Positions 9,581 through 21,407 are shown, numbered from the stretch's first letter. The stretch is DNA of 64,000 nt from Longimicrobiales bacterium (GCA_965197725.1 CBDANQ010000055.1:28117-92116), one strand, 5' to 3'. The notes: generated by a model from the sequence alone, not told the origin. Numbers and translations: made by a program.

Positions 9581-11512
9581 CTAGCCTGTAGGCATCGGTT
9601 CCCGGACTGAAGGCTCGGACGCGGTATCCGCGGCCACGCCCGCCGCGACCTGCTGGCGGTACGACTCGAGCGAGACGATGCCGCGCTCGAGCCACTCGAA
9701 CTCGCCCCCCAGTAACCGTCTCGCGACCCGGTACGTCGCCATGTCGTCGTTGTTGAACAGGGCGTCGAAGCGCTCCGCGATTCGGCGTCGAGCGTGCCGA
9801 CAAAAAAGGTCTGCGAGAGCGGTCGCCCCAGTCTCATCACTGCCTCGATCTGTGAGCATCTTTGCGCGCACGAGGGAGGCCGCCATTACGAACAGGTCCG
9901 CCCCGATATCGACGATCCTGCCGAGCACTGCCTGGCGCTTCTCGAGCGCGGGCCCGAAGCGGACCATGGCGTGGAAGGTCGAACGAGCGAGCCTGCGAGA
10001 AGTCCGCTCGACGAAACGCAGATGGCCTGCGAGCGGGCCGAAGGATGCGTAACGCGGCCAAAAGCCCCAGCCGAGGAAACGCGTCGGGTACCACCAAGCG
10101 TAGTGCGCGCACGCACGGAAGAGTGCGGCCAGCTTCTTACCAGCCGACGCCTTCGGGTCGACGAGGTCGCCCGCGATGCTCAAATGGGTGTCCACGGCCT
10201 CACGGGCGATGAACAGCCGCATGATCTCGGAGGAACCCTCGAAGATCGTGTTGATGCGCATGTCGCGCAGGTAGCGCTCGACGGGGTACGGTGTGTCTCC
10301 GCGCGCGAGCAACGAGGCATGGGTCTCGTAGCCGCGGCCTCCTCGGACCTGCAGCGCGTCGTCCACGATCTTCCATCCGGTTTCAGATGCCCACAGCTTC
10401 GCGATTGCGGCTTCGAGTCGAATGTCGAAGGTCTTCGAGTCCGCCATGCCCGAGGTGAGCTCGACTACCGCCTCCATGGCAAACGTCTCAGCGGTCATCC
10501 TGCCGAGCATCTGTGCGATCGCGTCGTGCTTGCCCACCTGACGGCCCCACTGAACGCGGGACCCGGCCCAATCTCGGCACATCTCGAGCGCGCCCTTGCC
10601 GGCCGCCGCGCAGAACGCGGGCAGCGCAAGCCGGCCGGTGTTCAGCGTGATGAGCGCGAGCTTCAGTCCCTTGCCCTCTGCCCACAGCAGATTCTCGCGC
10701 GGAACCTTCACGTCCGTGAAACGAAGGACTCCGTTCGAGAGTCCGTTGAGGCCCATGAAGGTGCACTCGCGTACGGTTTCGACTCCCGCCCACTCGGTCT
10801 CGACGATCAACGCGGTGATCGGCTTGTGCCGAGAGCCTTCGGGAGTCGGCGTGCGCGCCATGACGACGATGATATCAGCCCGCGGCCCGTTGGTCGTCCA
10901 GAGCTTTTCGCCGTTCAGGATCCAGTGCGATCCGTCCTCAGCGAGTGTTGCGGTCGTGGACATGTTCGCGGGGTCCGACCCCACGTCAGCCTCGGTTAGC
11001 GCGAACGCAGAGAGTGCTCCCCCGGCGAGCCGCGGGAGGTACCGTTGTTTCTGCTCGTCTGTCCCGAATTTCAGGAGTGGCCCCGGTACGCCGATGCTCT
11101 GATGCGCCGACAGAAACGCCCCGGTCGAGCCGCATCGCGATGAGACGACCATGAGTGCCCGATTGTACGAGAGTTGCGACAGCTCGAGTCCGCCATACTC
11201 GCGGGGGATCTTGATGCCGAACGCGCCTAGCTCCGCGAGTCCGTCCAGGACCTCCTGGGGGACATGGCGGTCGCGGTCGATCTGGTCTCCGTCGATGTGA
11301 TCTCGGGAGAACGCCTCCAGCTGCGCGAGGAAATCCGCCGCCCGCTCCTGCTCTTCTGGGTCAGGCACGGGGTGCGGGTGGATCAGATCCAGCTCGAATC
11401 GCCCTTCGAAGAGAGAGCGCGCGAAACTGCGTCGTTCCCAGTCCTGCTCGCGAGCGTACTCGGCGACCTCACGGGCCTCGAGTTCGGTGGCGAGCTGCTT
11501 GTGGTCTGCCAT
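9581..11512 (-). CDS. Acyl-CoA dehydrogenase (long form)
   Basis: [36 protein letters not shown] and [12 protein letters not shown]. Confidence 0.95.
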   Translation of the reverse strand: MADHKQLATELEAREVAEYAREQDWERRSFARSLFEGRFELDLIHPHPVPDPEEQERAADFLAQLEAFSRDHIDGDQIDRDRHVPQEVLDGLAELGAFGIKIPREYGGLELSQLSYNRALMVVSSRCGSTGAFLSAHQSIGVPGPLLKFGTDEQKQRYLPRLAGGALSAFALTEADVGSDPANMSTTATLAEDGSHWILNGEKLWTTNGPRADIIVVMARTPTPEGSRHKPITALIVETEWAGVETVRECTFMGLNGLSNGVLRFTDVKVPRENLLWAEGKGLKLALITLNTGRLALPAFCAAAGKGALEMCRDWAGSRVQWGRQVGKHDAIAQMLGRMTAETFAMEAVVELTSGMADSKTFDIRLEAAIAKLWASETGWKIVDDALQVRGGRGYETHASLLARGDTPYPVERYLRDMRINTIFEGSSEIMRLFIAREAVDTHLSIAGDLVDPKASAGKKLAALFRACAHYAWWYPTRFLGWGFWPRYASFGPLAGHLRFVERTSRRLARSTFHAMVRFGPALEKRQAVLGRIVDIGADLFVMAASLVRAKMLTDRGSDETGATALADLFCRHARRRIAERFDALFNNDDMATYRVARRLLGGEFEWLERGIVSLESYRQQVAAGVAADTASEPSVREPMPTG

Positions 11513-11561
11513 GGTGGTAAATCTAATACGGGGCCGGTCTACTTGGCTCCCCGGGCGCGCG

Positions 11562-12764
11562 TTATTCGTCCTCGTGCAGGAACTCCCGGATCTCTACGCC
11601 CCGTGCCTCGGCGTCAGCCTCGCCGACCTCCATCAGCTTCTGGAGATAGTCGGGTTGGAAGAGTATCAGACTCAAGAAGTCAGGGCTGCGCATCTGTTTC
11701 GTTCCCAATCCGCGTGTGAGGAAGCGAAAGACCCTGGGCAGCTGGAACTCGTACTCGTACGCAAGCCTCCCGAGGTCTTGTGAGGGCCGGAGCGTCAACA
11801 GGCGGACCGGCCTGAAGCCGTCTCGTTTCTCCATCGGTATGCTCTCGAGTAGCTGATTGAGCCGTTCGAGCCGAGCCGCGTCGTGGTCGAGCAGGTCGAG
11901 GAATATCGAGTTCATCAGGGCACCCGCCACTTGTGCCGGGGGAGGGTACCCGTAGATGATGGGCTCCTCGGCCTCGTCCTGGTTGCGGTCGTAGCGGGTC
12001 GAGATCGCAAGTATCTTACGGGCTCCCAAGTGCAGCGCGGGCGAGAGGGGGGCGGTCAGGCGGATGCTACCGTCGCCGTACCACGCGTTTTCGAGTCGGA
12101 CCGCGGGGAAGACGAGCGGCAGCGCGGCGGAAGCCAGCACGTGCTCGACGGTCATCACCGCGGTCACCGCCCTTCGCCTGGGGCGCTGCCACTCGTGGAT
12201 ATCGGATCCCTGCACCCAGGTGACCGACTGTCCGGTCGAGTAGCTCGACGTGCTGATCGCGACAGCCTTCAGGCGGCCACGCTCCAGATTGTAGCGCACG
12301 CCCGTGAGCTCGCCGTCGACCGCGTGCATCACCTCGGTCAGGTGGTTCCGTAGAGGCTCTGTGTCGACCAGCCCCCTCACCGGCGGCGCACCTCCCATTC
12401 CGCCGGATGCCAGTTGGCGAAGCCACCGGAAGCCGTTCATGGTGAGCGAGCGGACATCGACGTTGAAGACGTCTTCGACGGTGAGGTTGCCCCACAACTG
12501 ACTGAGTTCCCCCACCGCCTGCAGGAAACTTCCGTGATGCGACGCGATCAGCGCGGCGTTGATCGCCCCGGAGGAGGCGCCGGTGACGTACGGAACCTGC
12601 AGCTCGGGAAAATTGCGGGCGACGTACCTCAGAAAACCCACCTGGTACGCCGCTCGAGCGCCACCGCCCCCCATCACGAGTCCGAGATCGCGCGGGCCGG
12701 CGGTGCGGATAGCGGTGGGGAGTTCCTCGAGAGGACCGAGTGGCGGGATTGGAGTCATGGGCAC
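11562..12764 (-). CDS. Patatin-like phospholipase
   Basis: [16 protein letters not shown] nucleophile elbow, ASAALP and DGS (variant of DGG). Confidence 0.92.
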   Translation of the reverse strand: MPMTPIPPLGPLEELPTAIRTAGPRDLGLVMGGGGARAAYQVGFLRYVARNFPELQVPYVTGASSGAINAALIASHHGSFLQAVGELSQLWGNLTVEDVFNVDVRSLTMNGFRWLRQLASGGMGGAPPVRGLVDTEPLRNHLTEVMHAVDGELTGVRYNLERGRLKAVAISTSSYSTGQSVTWVQGSDIHEWQRPRRRAVTAVMTVEHVLASAALPLVFPAVRLENAWYGDGSIRLTAPLSPALHLGARKILAISTRYDRNQDEAEEPIIYGYPPPAQVAGALMNSIFLDLLDHDAARLERLNQLLESIPMEKRDGFRPVRLLTLRPSQDLGRLAYEYEFQLPRVFRFLTRGLGTKQMRSPDFLSLILFQPDYLQKLMEVGEADAEARGVEIREFLHEDE

Positions 12765-12785
12765 GGCTAGGAGGTGGGCGCGATG

Positions 12786-13169
12786 TCAGCCGAGGATCGG
12801 GCGTCCGATCGCCATGATGCCAACGGAGACGAGCGCCAGTACTACCATCGTGGCAACGATGTGCGGCAGGAAGGTCCGCTCCTCGATGGGGCGGCGTTTC
12901 ATCACCGCCGAGACCACGTGGGCCACCGTCGCCGCGAGCACCATCGACGCGATGTGCCCAGATAGCTGCGGGTAGAATACTCCGCTGAACAGGTGAGCCA
13001 CTCCAACAAGCGCCGTGAGGTCGATCGCGCCCGTGAAGACGGCAGCCAAAATCCTCATGGTCTTGTCGTATTCGTGCTTCGTGGCCTGGCCGTATCCGGC
13101 GTAGCCCAGGACGAGGACGCCGGCCAAGAGCACCAAGTAGCGAAGGCCCGAGTGGGCGTAGAAGAGCAT
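12786..13169 (-). CDS. Hypothetical four-helix membrane protein
   Basis: Hydrophobic ORF beginning MLFYAHSGLRYLVLL, with intramembrane His residues. Confidence 0.75.
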   Translation of the reverse strand: MLFYAHSGLRYLVLLAGVLVLGYAGYGQATKHEYDKTMRILAAVFTGAIDLTALVGVAHLFSGVFYPQLSGHIASMVLAATVAHVVSAVMKRRPIEERTFLPHIVATMVVLALVSVGIMAIGRPILG

Positions 13170-14478
13170 GACGGTGAATCCTGGTATGGGTCAGTTTGTC
13201 AGCAAAGATGAGGGGCCGCTAACCTCGGCGCACTTCCTCGAGTAGCGCGCGCGCGCGCTGCACGGCAACGCGTTGGCCCTCCGTGGGCGGATAGAGCGTT
13301 CCCGGTCGCACGCCATCGCCGTTGAGCGCCTCGTACACGTCCTCCACCGTGCAGGCTGCCGCGTGGAGCTTGCCGGCAGGCGTGTCCATCGGGGGGCGAC
13401 TGATGCGGCCGCCTCGGCCGCAGCCACCTCCGCCATAGCCGTTCGCCCGCCTGTAGGTCTCGATCTCGTCGGTGAGCGCGAGCGCGTCGAGCATGAAGCG
13501 CTCTCGTGATTCGTACATCGCGACCGTGATCGGCATCTCCGGGTCGCCTCGCACCTCCACTCGAGTGGACGCCCTGGTGCGGCGGGCATGCACCGTGACC
13601 GTGTACGAACCCGGCGAGACCCATGGCCCACGATCCGCGATCGGGCGGGCGAGCTCGTGGTCTGTGAACCGCTGCCAGGTGTCGGGGCGGCCAGAGATCG
13701 AGTGACGCAGATCCCAGTTGACCCGGTGGGTGCCCGCCGGGGAAGGGACCCGCATCTCGCGGACGGTGCTGCCCATGGCGTTCGTGACCGTCAGAGTGAC
13801 GCCACCGCCGCCCGCGCCCAGCCTGTATGTGATCTCGACGCCATCGACCGGATGCGTGCCGGCGAACGCGGCCTGCCCGCGGTACGAGGTGTCCTTGCGG
13901 TAGACCTGAATCGTGCCCCGGTCGGCCGAGAAAACCGTCACTGGGCCGGAGGCGTTCCCCCACTCGGCGAACGCGCGGGTGTCGTCCAGGATCCAGAAGG
14001 ACCGGCCGTGCGTCGCGAGCACGAGGTCCTTGTCGCGCGGGTGGATGAGCATGTCGTCGTAGTGCGTAGTCGGCAGGTTGGGGATCTCGGCCCAGCTCGT
14101 GCCAGCGTCCGTGCTTGCGAACGCGTGGTGCTCGGTACCGAGGAAGAGCACGTCGGTGTTGTCGGGGTGCTCGATGATCACGTTCACGACGCCCAGCTCT
14201 GGCAGCATCGAGTGAAGCGGCTGCCACGACCCGCCGAAGTCCTCCGTGCGGTAGACGTAGGGAGCGGAGTCTCCGTCGCGGTGACCGTCGAAGGCGGCGT
14301 ACGCCGTGCCCCGCGAGCGATACGAGGCTGTGATACGGCTCACGTACGTGCCGTCCGTGATTCCGAAAACGTTGCGGGAGACCTCGCTCCACGTCGCTCC
14401 GTTGTCGCGGCTCACTTGCAGGTTGCCGTCGTCGAAACCCACCCACAGCACGCTCAGGTCGACGGGTGATTCGTCTAG

Positions 14479-15977
14479 CAGACCGTGGATAAAGTCCGGT
14501 CATCGCTGTTGTGTTAAATCAGGAGGACACGAGGGTTTTTGCAGCGAGGACGGCGATGGCGGTAGGCAAGCGGCCCGAGGCTCGGCAGGGCGAGATGTTC
14601 GTGGTGGCGAGCGAGATTCGGGCCTTGGACAACCCGTTCTACCGGGCCTTGAACGAGCTTCTGGCGAAAAGCGGGTTTGACGAGTTCGCGGAAGAGGCAT
14701 GCCGTGAGTTCTACGCGGACAATCGGGGTCGGCCGGGGATTGCTCCCGGGGTGTATTTCCGAATGATGATGGTGGGCTACCTGGAAGGGATCGGCTCGGA
14801 GCGGGGCATTGCCTGGCGGTGTGGGGACTCGTTGTCGTTGCGTGAGTTTCTGGGATACGGGTGGGCGAAGAACCCGCCGGAGCATTCGACCCTGTCGAAG
14901 ACGCGCAAGCGCCTGAGCGTGGAAGCGCACGCGGCGGTGTTCGGGCGGGTGCTGGAGCTGCTGAAGGGGTCGGGGTTGCTGAGCGGCAAGACGCTGGGCG
15001 TCGACTCGACGACGCTGGAGGCGAATGCGGCGATGCGCACGATCGTGCGGCGCGACGACGGGTTGGGCTACGATGAATGGCTGGAGCAGGTGGCCCGGGC
15101 GTCGGGGATCGAGACGCCGACGCGCAAGGATCTGACGACGCTGGACCGGAAGCGTCCGAAGAAGGGCTCGAACAAGGACTGGGTGCATCCGCACGACCCG
15201 GAGGCGCGGATCACGAAGATGAAGGACGGCAGGACGCGCCTGGCGCACAAGTTGGAGCAGGCGGTCGACATGGAGACCGGTGCGCTTGTGGCGGTGACGG
15301 TGCAGACGATGGACGGGGGAGATGTGGCGTCGCTGCCCAACACGCTGGACGAGGCAGAGCGGCAGCTGGAAGTAGTGCAGGTAGAGCCCGAGGAAGTGGT
15401 GGCCGACAAAGGCTACCACTCGAACAAGACCATGACGGGCGTGAAGGAGCGGGAGCTGCGCAGCTATGTGAGCGAGCCCAACCGCGGGCGCCGGAAATGG
15501 AAGAACAACCGGGACGCGCAGAAGCCGACCTACGACAACCGCCGCCGGATCCGCGGCAACCGGGGGATGCGGCTGCTGCGCCAGCGCGGCGAGAAGGTGG
15601 AGCGGGGGTTTGCGCACTTGCTTGTGACCGGAGGGCTGCGTCGCGTCCACATACGGGGCCAGGAGGAGATTCGAAAACGGATGTTGATCCACGCGGCGGC
15701 CTTCAACCTCGGCCTTCTCATGCGCAAGCGGTTCGGGGTTGGAACCCCCCGTGCGTTACAGGGCCTCGCTACCGTACAAGCTGCGCTCGCAACTCAGGTT
15801 ACAACCCGCGTCTCGCGCTTTTTCCGCCGTATTCGGCGCTATTTCGCCTTCCTTGGGCCGAATATCGCCTCGTCAGACCCCAAAACCCGCTTCTTGCACA
15901 ACAACACAGCCCCCGCCCGCGTGTCTGCCTTCTCTCCCACCCATCATCCGCTGGGAACCTATTTCTTCCACGGACTG
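14479..15977 (+). mobile_element. Complete IS1182-like insertion sequence (1499 bp) with CTAG target duplication
   Basis: IRL CAGACCGTGGATAAAGT and IRR (rc) CAGTCCGTGGAAGAAAT; CTAG at 14475-14478 and 15978-15981. Confidence 0.93.
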
Positions 15978-16031
15978 CTAGGGTCACGGCTTCCCCGAAG
16001 CTGCCCGTGCCGTGGTTCCTCGAGATCGTGA
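14556..16031 (+). CDS. DDE transposase (DUF772-like N-terminus plus DDE domain; IS1182/IS5-type)
   Basis: GRPGIAP, GIGSERGI, PEHSTLSKTR, VDST, ADKGY and KVERGFAH. As written, the ORF runs past the IS right end. Confidence 0.92.
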   Translation: MAVGKRPEARQGEMFVVASEIRALDNPFYRALNELLAKSGFDEFAEEACREFYADNRGRPGIAPGVYFRMMMVGYLEGIGSERGIAWRCGDSLSLREFLGYGWAKNPPEHSTLSKTRKRLSVEAHAAVFGRVLELLKGSGLLSGKTLGVDSTTLEANAAMRTIVRRDDGLGYDEWLEQVARASGIETPTRKDLTTLDRKRPKKGSNKDWVHPHDPEARITKMKDGRTRLAHKLEQAVDMETGALVAVTVQTMDGGDVASLPNTLDEAERQLEVVQVEPEEVVADKGYHSNKTMTGVKERELRSYVSEPNRGRRKWKNNRDAQKPTYDNRRRIRGNRGMRLLRQRGEKVERGFAHLLVTGGLRRVHIRGQEEIRKRMLIHAAAFNLGLLMRKRFGVGTPRALQGLATVQAALATQVTTRVSRFFRRIRRYFAFLGPNIASSDPKTRFLHNNTAPARVSAFSPTHHPLGTYFFHGLLGSRLPRSCPCRGSSRS

Positions 16032-17678
16032 TGTCGTGACCCTTGACCCCCATCATGTCGAGCTCGTCGCGGTCGATCTGCCGGCTCAGGTCCGCCGTGC
16101 GCTGCCACGACGAGCCGCGGTTGCGGGAGATGAAGAGTCGATTGCCGGCCACGTACAGCACGTCCGGATCGTGCTGGGAGAGCATCATCGGCGACGTCCA
16201 GTCGAAGCGGTAGTTCTCTCCGGGCAGCTCGATCGGCGAGATGCCGAGCATGTCGCCTGTCCTCGTGTCGTAGCGGAAGTAGCTGCCGCCGCTCGAGCTG
16301 CCGTACGAGTATCGGGCATCCCGTGGGTCGGCTGCCCAGTACATGCCATCGCCGAACCCGGACTGCATCCAATCGTCGTTGAGGATGCCGGCCCAGCGGC
16401 GCGTCTCGGACGGCCCCATGAACGAATGGTTGTCCTGGAGCCCCCCATACACCCAGTACGGATCACGCATGTCGACGGCGAGCGCGTAGAACTGGGCGAT
16501 GGGGAAGTTGTTGATTCTCCGGAAATTCGCTCCCCCGTCGTAGCTCTCGTGCAAGCGGGGTCCCCCGCCAGGTAGAGGTGCTCCGAGTCGTTCGGGTCGA
16601 TCCAGAGTGTGTGGTGGTCCGCGTGCATCCCGACGTCGTACGTAGGCCGCCGGGCGATCTCCGTGAAGGATCGGCCGCCGTCACGGCTCACGTAAGAGTC
16701 TGTCACGAGCTCGTAGACTCGGTTCTCGTCATTCGGGTCGATGAAGATGTGCGAGTAGTACATGGGGCGACCATTGAGAGCGTTCACGCGCTCCCAGGTG
16801 AGCCCGCCGTTTCCAGTGGGTGCCCTGAAGGTCCTCGTCGGGATGCTCGATGAGCGCGTTGAGCACCTGCGGGTTGGACTCCGAGATCGCGATGCCGATG
16901 CGACCCTTGTCACCTGCGGGCAGCCCGCCTTCGAGTTCGTTCCAGTTGGCTCCCCCGTCGATGGTCTTGTAGATGCCGCTTCCGGGCCCGCCACCGTTGA
17001 AGCCCCACGCGCGACGTAGCCGCTGATATGTTGCGGCATACAGCGTGTTGGGGTCGGAGGCGTCCATCACGAGGTCCACAGCCCCGGTGTATTCGTCGAT
17101 GTACAGAACCTTGTGCCACGAGCGGCCGCCGTCGCTGGTCTTGAAGACGCCGCGCTCCGCGGAAGCCGCCCACAGATTCCCCAAAGCCGCCACGTACGCG
17201 ATGTCGGGGTTGATGGGGTGGATGCGCACCCTACCGATGTGCCGCGTTTTCTCCAGCCCGAGGTGTCGCCACGTCCTGCCGCCGTCGTCCGAGCGGTACA
17301 CGCCGTTTCCATACGATGAGCTCTGCCGGTTCTGCTGCTCACCCGTCCCCGCGTAGATGATCTCGGGGTCGGAGGGAGCGAGCGCCACGTCCCCGAACGT
17401 GCTCACCGGATTGTCGTCGAAAACGTTCGTCCACGTCTGGCCGCGGTTGACGCTCTTCCAAAGGCCTCCGGAGGCGGAGGCCACATAGATCGTCGAAGGG
17501 TCGTCCGGGATCGCCTCTACGTCGTGCACCCGCCCCCCGGTTACCGCGGGGCCGATCACTCTAGGGTGGAAGTCGACCATGTCCTCGCTCGTGATCGGCG
17601 TCTGAGCCGACAGCGATTGAGTGGTCGCAGCGACCGCGACGAAAGCTAGCAGCGTGCTGGAGAGACCGCTCATGCACG

Positions 17679-18503
17679 TCATGCTGATTCGCCCCCGTTG
17701 CTCGGGTCTGAAAGCGGTAATTCGGGTGGCGTGACAGCGGTGACGGCTTCCTGGATGATGCTCAGCACGTCCTCGTCCATGTCTTCGACGCCGAGCATCC
17801 AACGCAAGTAGTCCGGCGCCTCGGCCGTGACCCGCGCTAGCGGTTGGCCTTTGTGCTTCCCACACCGAAAGACACGTCCTTCTTCGGCGCTGCTGAACCA
17901 GCGGTCGACCTCCGTGCGGAACGGAGAGAACTCGTCGCAATAGGCGTGCAGCGCATCCAGGTCCCGCGGGATGTGCGGGTACCGCTCGAGCTGGGCAGCG
18001 AGCACCGCTGCCGATGTCCGGATATCGCCCAGAGCGGTGTGCGCCTCTTCGTGCTCACGGCCCAAATAGAAGCGTGCCGCGGCGGAGAGGTCTCGTGGCT
18101 CCTCGCGGTGGAAGATGTTCTGCATGTCGAGCACCCGACGGCCGTCGAGCGTGAAGCGAATGTCACAGCGCTTTAACTCCGCGATGAGCATGTGCAGATC
18201 GAAGCGCCGAATGTTGAACCCGCATAGGTCGCAGCCCGCGAGGAGCTCGTCGTTGAGGCTCCTGGCGGTTCGGCAGAACGGGTGCTCGTCGGCGACGTCG
18301 TCGTCGGCGATGCCGTGAACGGCCGTGGCCTCAGGGGGAATCGGCAGGCCGGGGTTGTACCGTCGCACGCGCTCGAGCACGTCCCCCTGGGGCGTGACCT
18401 TGATGAGCGCAAGCTCGACGATCCGGTCGTTCTTCACATCGAGACCCGTGGTCTCGAGATCGAAGAAGATGAGGGGCCGGACTAGCTCGAAGGGCAGTTT
18501 CAT
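17679..18503 (-). CDS. DEDDh 3'-5' exonuclease (DNA polymerase III epsilon-like)
   Basis: FFDLETTG, GFNIRRFD, AHTALGD and C-terminal GKHKG...PDYLRWM. Confidence 0.92.
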   Translation of the reverse strand: MKLPFELVRPLIFFDLETTGLDVKNDRIVELALIKVTPQGDVLERVRRYNPGLPIPPEATAVHGIADDDVADEHPFCRTARSLNDELLAGCDLCGFNIRRFDLHMLIAELKRCDIRFTLDGRRVLDMQNIFHREEPRDLSAAARFYLGREHEEAHTALGDIRTSAAVLAAQLERYPHIPRDLDALHAYCDEFSPFRTEVDRWFSSAEEGRVFRCGKHKGQPLARVTAEAPDYLRWMLGVEDMDEDVLSIIQEAVTAVTPPELPLSDPSNGGESA

Positions 18504-18547
18504 GGGAACGGCAAGGTAGTGGGGAGGTCTGGGAAGGACTACAGTGA

Positions 18548-21361
18548 CTACCCCTCGAGCCCCAACGCCTGCAGCACCAAGTGTGCCTGCTCCGCCGCAT
18601 GGTTCTTCGCCTTTCCCCCCGCGGGGCTCGCGCGCTCCGGCCGCGCCACGTACGTCAGCGGCACCTTGCGTGGTACCACACCCCGCAGCCGCGGCCCGAT
18701 GAAGGTGAGCCCACCCATGTTGCGCGGCTCCTCCTGCGTCCACACCACCTCGTTGAGGCTCGGGTAGCGGGCCAGCAGCTCTGTGAGGGCGCCTCCCGGG
18801 AACGGGTAGAGCAGCTCCAGCCTGGCCACCGCCGTCGAGGTCGCGTCGGCGCGGCGCTCGTGGGCCTGGATATCGTAGTAGACCTTGCCGCTACAGAGTA
18901 CGACTCGCTCGATGGCGGTCGGATCCGCGACGGTCGGATCGTCCAGAACGTGCTGGAATCCACCCTCGGTAAGCTCGGCGACGGTGGACGAAGCCAGCGG
19001 GTGTCGCAATAGGCTCTTCGGGGTCATCACGATCATCGGGCGCTCAGGACGTCGGAGAGCTTGGCGGCGGAGCAAGTGGAAGTACTGGGCCGGGGTCGTC
19101 GGGTAGGTGACCCGCATGTTCTCCTCGGCGCACATCTGGAGAAATCTCTCGAGGCGGGCGCTCGAGTGCTCCGGTCCTTGCCCTTCGTATCCGTGTGGGA
19201 GCAGCAGTGTCAGGCGCGAGTACTGTCCCCACTTCGCCCGCCCCGACGACAGGAACTGATCGATCATGACCTGCGCGACGTTCACGAAATCCCCGAACTG
19301 GGCCTCCCACAGCACCACGTCGGTATCGGCACCGACGGAGTAGCCGTATTCGAAGCCGATCACCGCGGTCTCGGTCAGCGGCGAGTTATAGAGCTCCAGT
19401 CGCGCGTCCGAGACCTGCTGGAGCGGCGTGAACTCTTCGCCGGTCTCCACATCATGTAGCGTCAGGTGTCGATGGCTGAACGTGCCGCGCTGGATGTCTT
19501 GGCCTGTGAAGCGGATCGGGATTCCCGCCGCGAGCAGAGAACCGAGCGCCAATGTCTCCGCGTGGCCCCAGTCGAGCGCACGCTCGAGATCGAAGGCGTT
19601 GGCGCGGCGCTCCAACTGCCTCCACAGCTTCGGATGAGGCGTGAAGCCGTCGGGCAGCTCGAGCGTCGTGTCGTTGATCCGGGAGAGCAGCTCGAGGTCG
19701 ACGCCGGTGCTCTCGGGCACCACCGGCACTTCGCGATCGTCGTCGGGCCCGTCGTCGCCTACCGGTTCGTATGCACGCACGTGATCGTGAGCGTCGCGCA
19801 GACGACTCGCGATTTCTTCTCGCATCGTTTGAGCTCGCGCCGCGCTGAAGACGCCCTCCGCCGCGAGCCGATCCGCGTAGATCGCTCCAGCGGTCGGGTG
19901 CTCGGCAATCTTCTTGTACTTGAGCGGCTGCGTGTACGCGGGCTCATCGCCCTCGTTGTGGCCGTGTCGGCGATACCCGACAAGGTCGATCAGGAAGTCA
20001 TCCTGGAAGTGAGCCCGGTACATCATGGCGAGCCGGACCGCGGCGAGGCACGCCTCAGCGTCGTCAGCGTTGACGTGCACGACGGGGATCCCGTAGCCCT
20101 TGGCCAGGTCGCTCGAGTACACAGTCGAGCGGCTATCGCATGGATCGGTGGTGAAGCCGACTTGGTTGTTGACGATGACGTGGATGGTGCCGCCCACGGT
20201 GTATCCCACGAGGCGCGACATGTTCAACGTCTCCGCGACCACGCCCTCCGCCGCGAAGGCGGCGTCCCCATGCATGAGGATCGGGACGACTGCGTGGAAG
20301 TTGGGCTCCGCACCTTTGCTGCCGCTGTCGAACTGTCTCGAGCGCACCATTCCCGCGACGACGGGGTTCACGAACTCGAGATGGCTCGGGTTCGGCACCA
20401 AACGGACCAGGATCGTGCCGACGCCGTCGATCTCACGCTCGCTCCGGGCGCCGTGGTGGTACTTCACGTCCCCGGTGCCGGCGATGTCGAGCTGTCCGCC
20501 CTTGTACGACGGGCCCTCGAACTCTGCGAGCAGTTCACCGTAGGACACGCCGACGGTGTGCGTAAGCACGTTCAGGCGGCCCCGGTGTGCCATGCCGAGT
20601 ACGACCTCACGGCCGCCTTTGCGAGCGGCGAGTTCGATAGCGAGATCCAACATGGGTACCAACGCGTCGTTTCCCTCCAGCGAGAAGCGCTTCTGGCCCA
20701 GGTAGGCGCGGTGTAGGAACTGCTCCATACCTTCCGTCTCCGAGAGGCGATGGAGGAGCGCGCGCCTTTCCTCGGGGCTCATCTCCGGCAGGTGGCTCCG
20801 TGATTCGATCTGCCGCCAAAGCCAGTCCACCTTCACATGGTCGTCGAGGTGCTCGAACTCGTAGCCGATGCTGCCTGCGTAGATCTCCTCGAGATCGGTG
20901 AGCGCGTCCGCGACGGAGCGGCCCTCGTCGTTCTCGTCCATGACGAGCGAGGCGGGCAGCTCGGCCAGCTCCTCCAGCGAGGTTCCGAAGAAGGCCGGCG
21001 TGAGCTGTGGGTGTCCGGCCGGCTCGCTGCCCAGCGGGTCGATACGCGCTAGCTGGTGCCCGTGGTCGCGGAACGCCTGCACCAAAGCGGTGGCACGAGA
21101 GACGACCGGCAACGCCCGACGGAGGTGTTCGGCCGCCTGCGAAGTCGGCGACGCCTGAGTGGCCGGCGGGGCCTCGACGGTACCGGCCCGGTTACCGTTG
21201 AGTGCGTCGGGGACGAAGAGTCCCTCCGCTACCGCCTGCTTGCCTCGGGTCTCAAAGAGCGTGCGCCACTCCGCCGGGACCCCTTCGGGGTTACGCGCGT
21301 ATTCCTCGAACATCGCCTGAGCATGGGCGGTGTTCAGACTGTCGAAGAGTGGGTTGTCCAT
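18548..21361 (-). CDS. sucA: 2-oxoglutarate dehydrogenase E1 component
   Basis: GQKRFSLEG, GMAHRGRLN, GDVKYH, HGDAAF, WEAQFGDF and HGYEGQGPEHSSAR. Confidence 0.97.
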   Translation of the reverse strand: MDNPLFDSLNTAHAQAMFEEYARNPEGVPAEWRTLFETRGKQAVAEGLFVPDALNGNRAGTVEAPPATQASPTSQAAEHLRRALPVVSRATALVQAFRDHGHQLARIDPLGSEPAGHPQLTPAFFGTSLEELAELPASLVMDENDEGRSVADALTDLEEIYAGSIGYEFEHLDDHVKVDWLWRQIESRSHLPEMSPEERRALLHRLSETEGMEQFLHRAYLGQKRFSLEGNDALVPMLDLAIELAARKGGREVVLGMAHRGRLNVLTHTVGVSYGELLAEFEGPSYKGGQLDIAGTGDVKYHHGARSEREIDGVGTILVRLVPNPSHLEFVNPVVAGMVRSRQFDSGSKGAEPNFHAVVPILMHGDAAFAAEGVVAETLNMSRLVGYTVGGTIHVIVNNQVGFTTDPCDSRSTVYSSDLAKGYGIPVVHVNADDAEACLAAVRLAMMYRAHFQDDFLIDLVGYRRHGHNEGDEPAYTQPLKYKKIAEHPTAGAIYADRLAAEGVFSAARAQTMREEIASRLRDAHDHVRAYEPVGDDGPDDDREVPVVPESTGVDLELLSRINDTTLELPDGFTPHPKLWRQLERRANAFDLERALDWGHAETLALGSLLAAGIPIRFTGQDIQRGTFSHRHLTLHDVETGEEFTPLQQVSDARLELYNSPLTETAVIGFEYGYSVGADTDVVLWEAQFGDFVNVAQVMIDQFLSSGRAKWGQYSRLTLLLPHGYEGQGPEHSSARLERFLQMCAEENMRVTYPTTPAQYFHLLRRQALRRPERPMIVMTPKSLLRHPLASSTVAELTEGGFQHVLDDPTVADPTAIERVVLCSGKVYYDIQAHERRADATSTAVARLELLYPFPGGALTELLARYPSLNEVVWTQEEPRNMGGLTFIGPRLRGVVPRKVPLTYVARPERASPAGGKAKNHAAEQAHLVLQALGLEG

Positions 21362-21407
21362 AAACCCGAAAACTACCGCGAATGGCTGGCGCGTAGGAGT
21401 GCGAGTG

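Larger units (their letters stand above)
13219..17682 (-). pseudogene. Secreted BNR/Asp-box (VPS10/sortilin-like) repeat glycosyl-hydrolase-like protein, interrupted by the IS and two frameshifts
   Basis: Signal peptide, GPAVTGGRV and many S/T-x-D/N-x-G-x-T/S-W repeats. Frame breaks near 16815 and 16560; the frame rejoins across the IS as EAVTL|DESPVDLSVLWVG. Confidence 0.92.

Noticed and set aside
2448..15977. Composite transposon bounded by two outward-facing IS right ends
   Set aside because: The BNR gene is continuous across the 14479-15977 copy, which has its own CTAG duplication, so this is a simple insertion.
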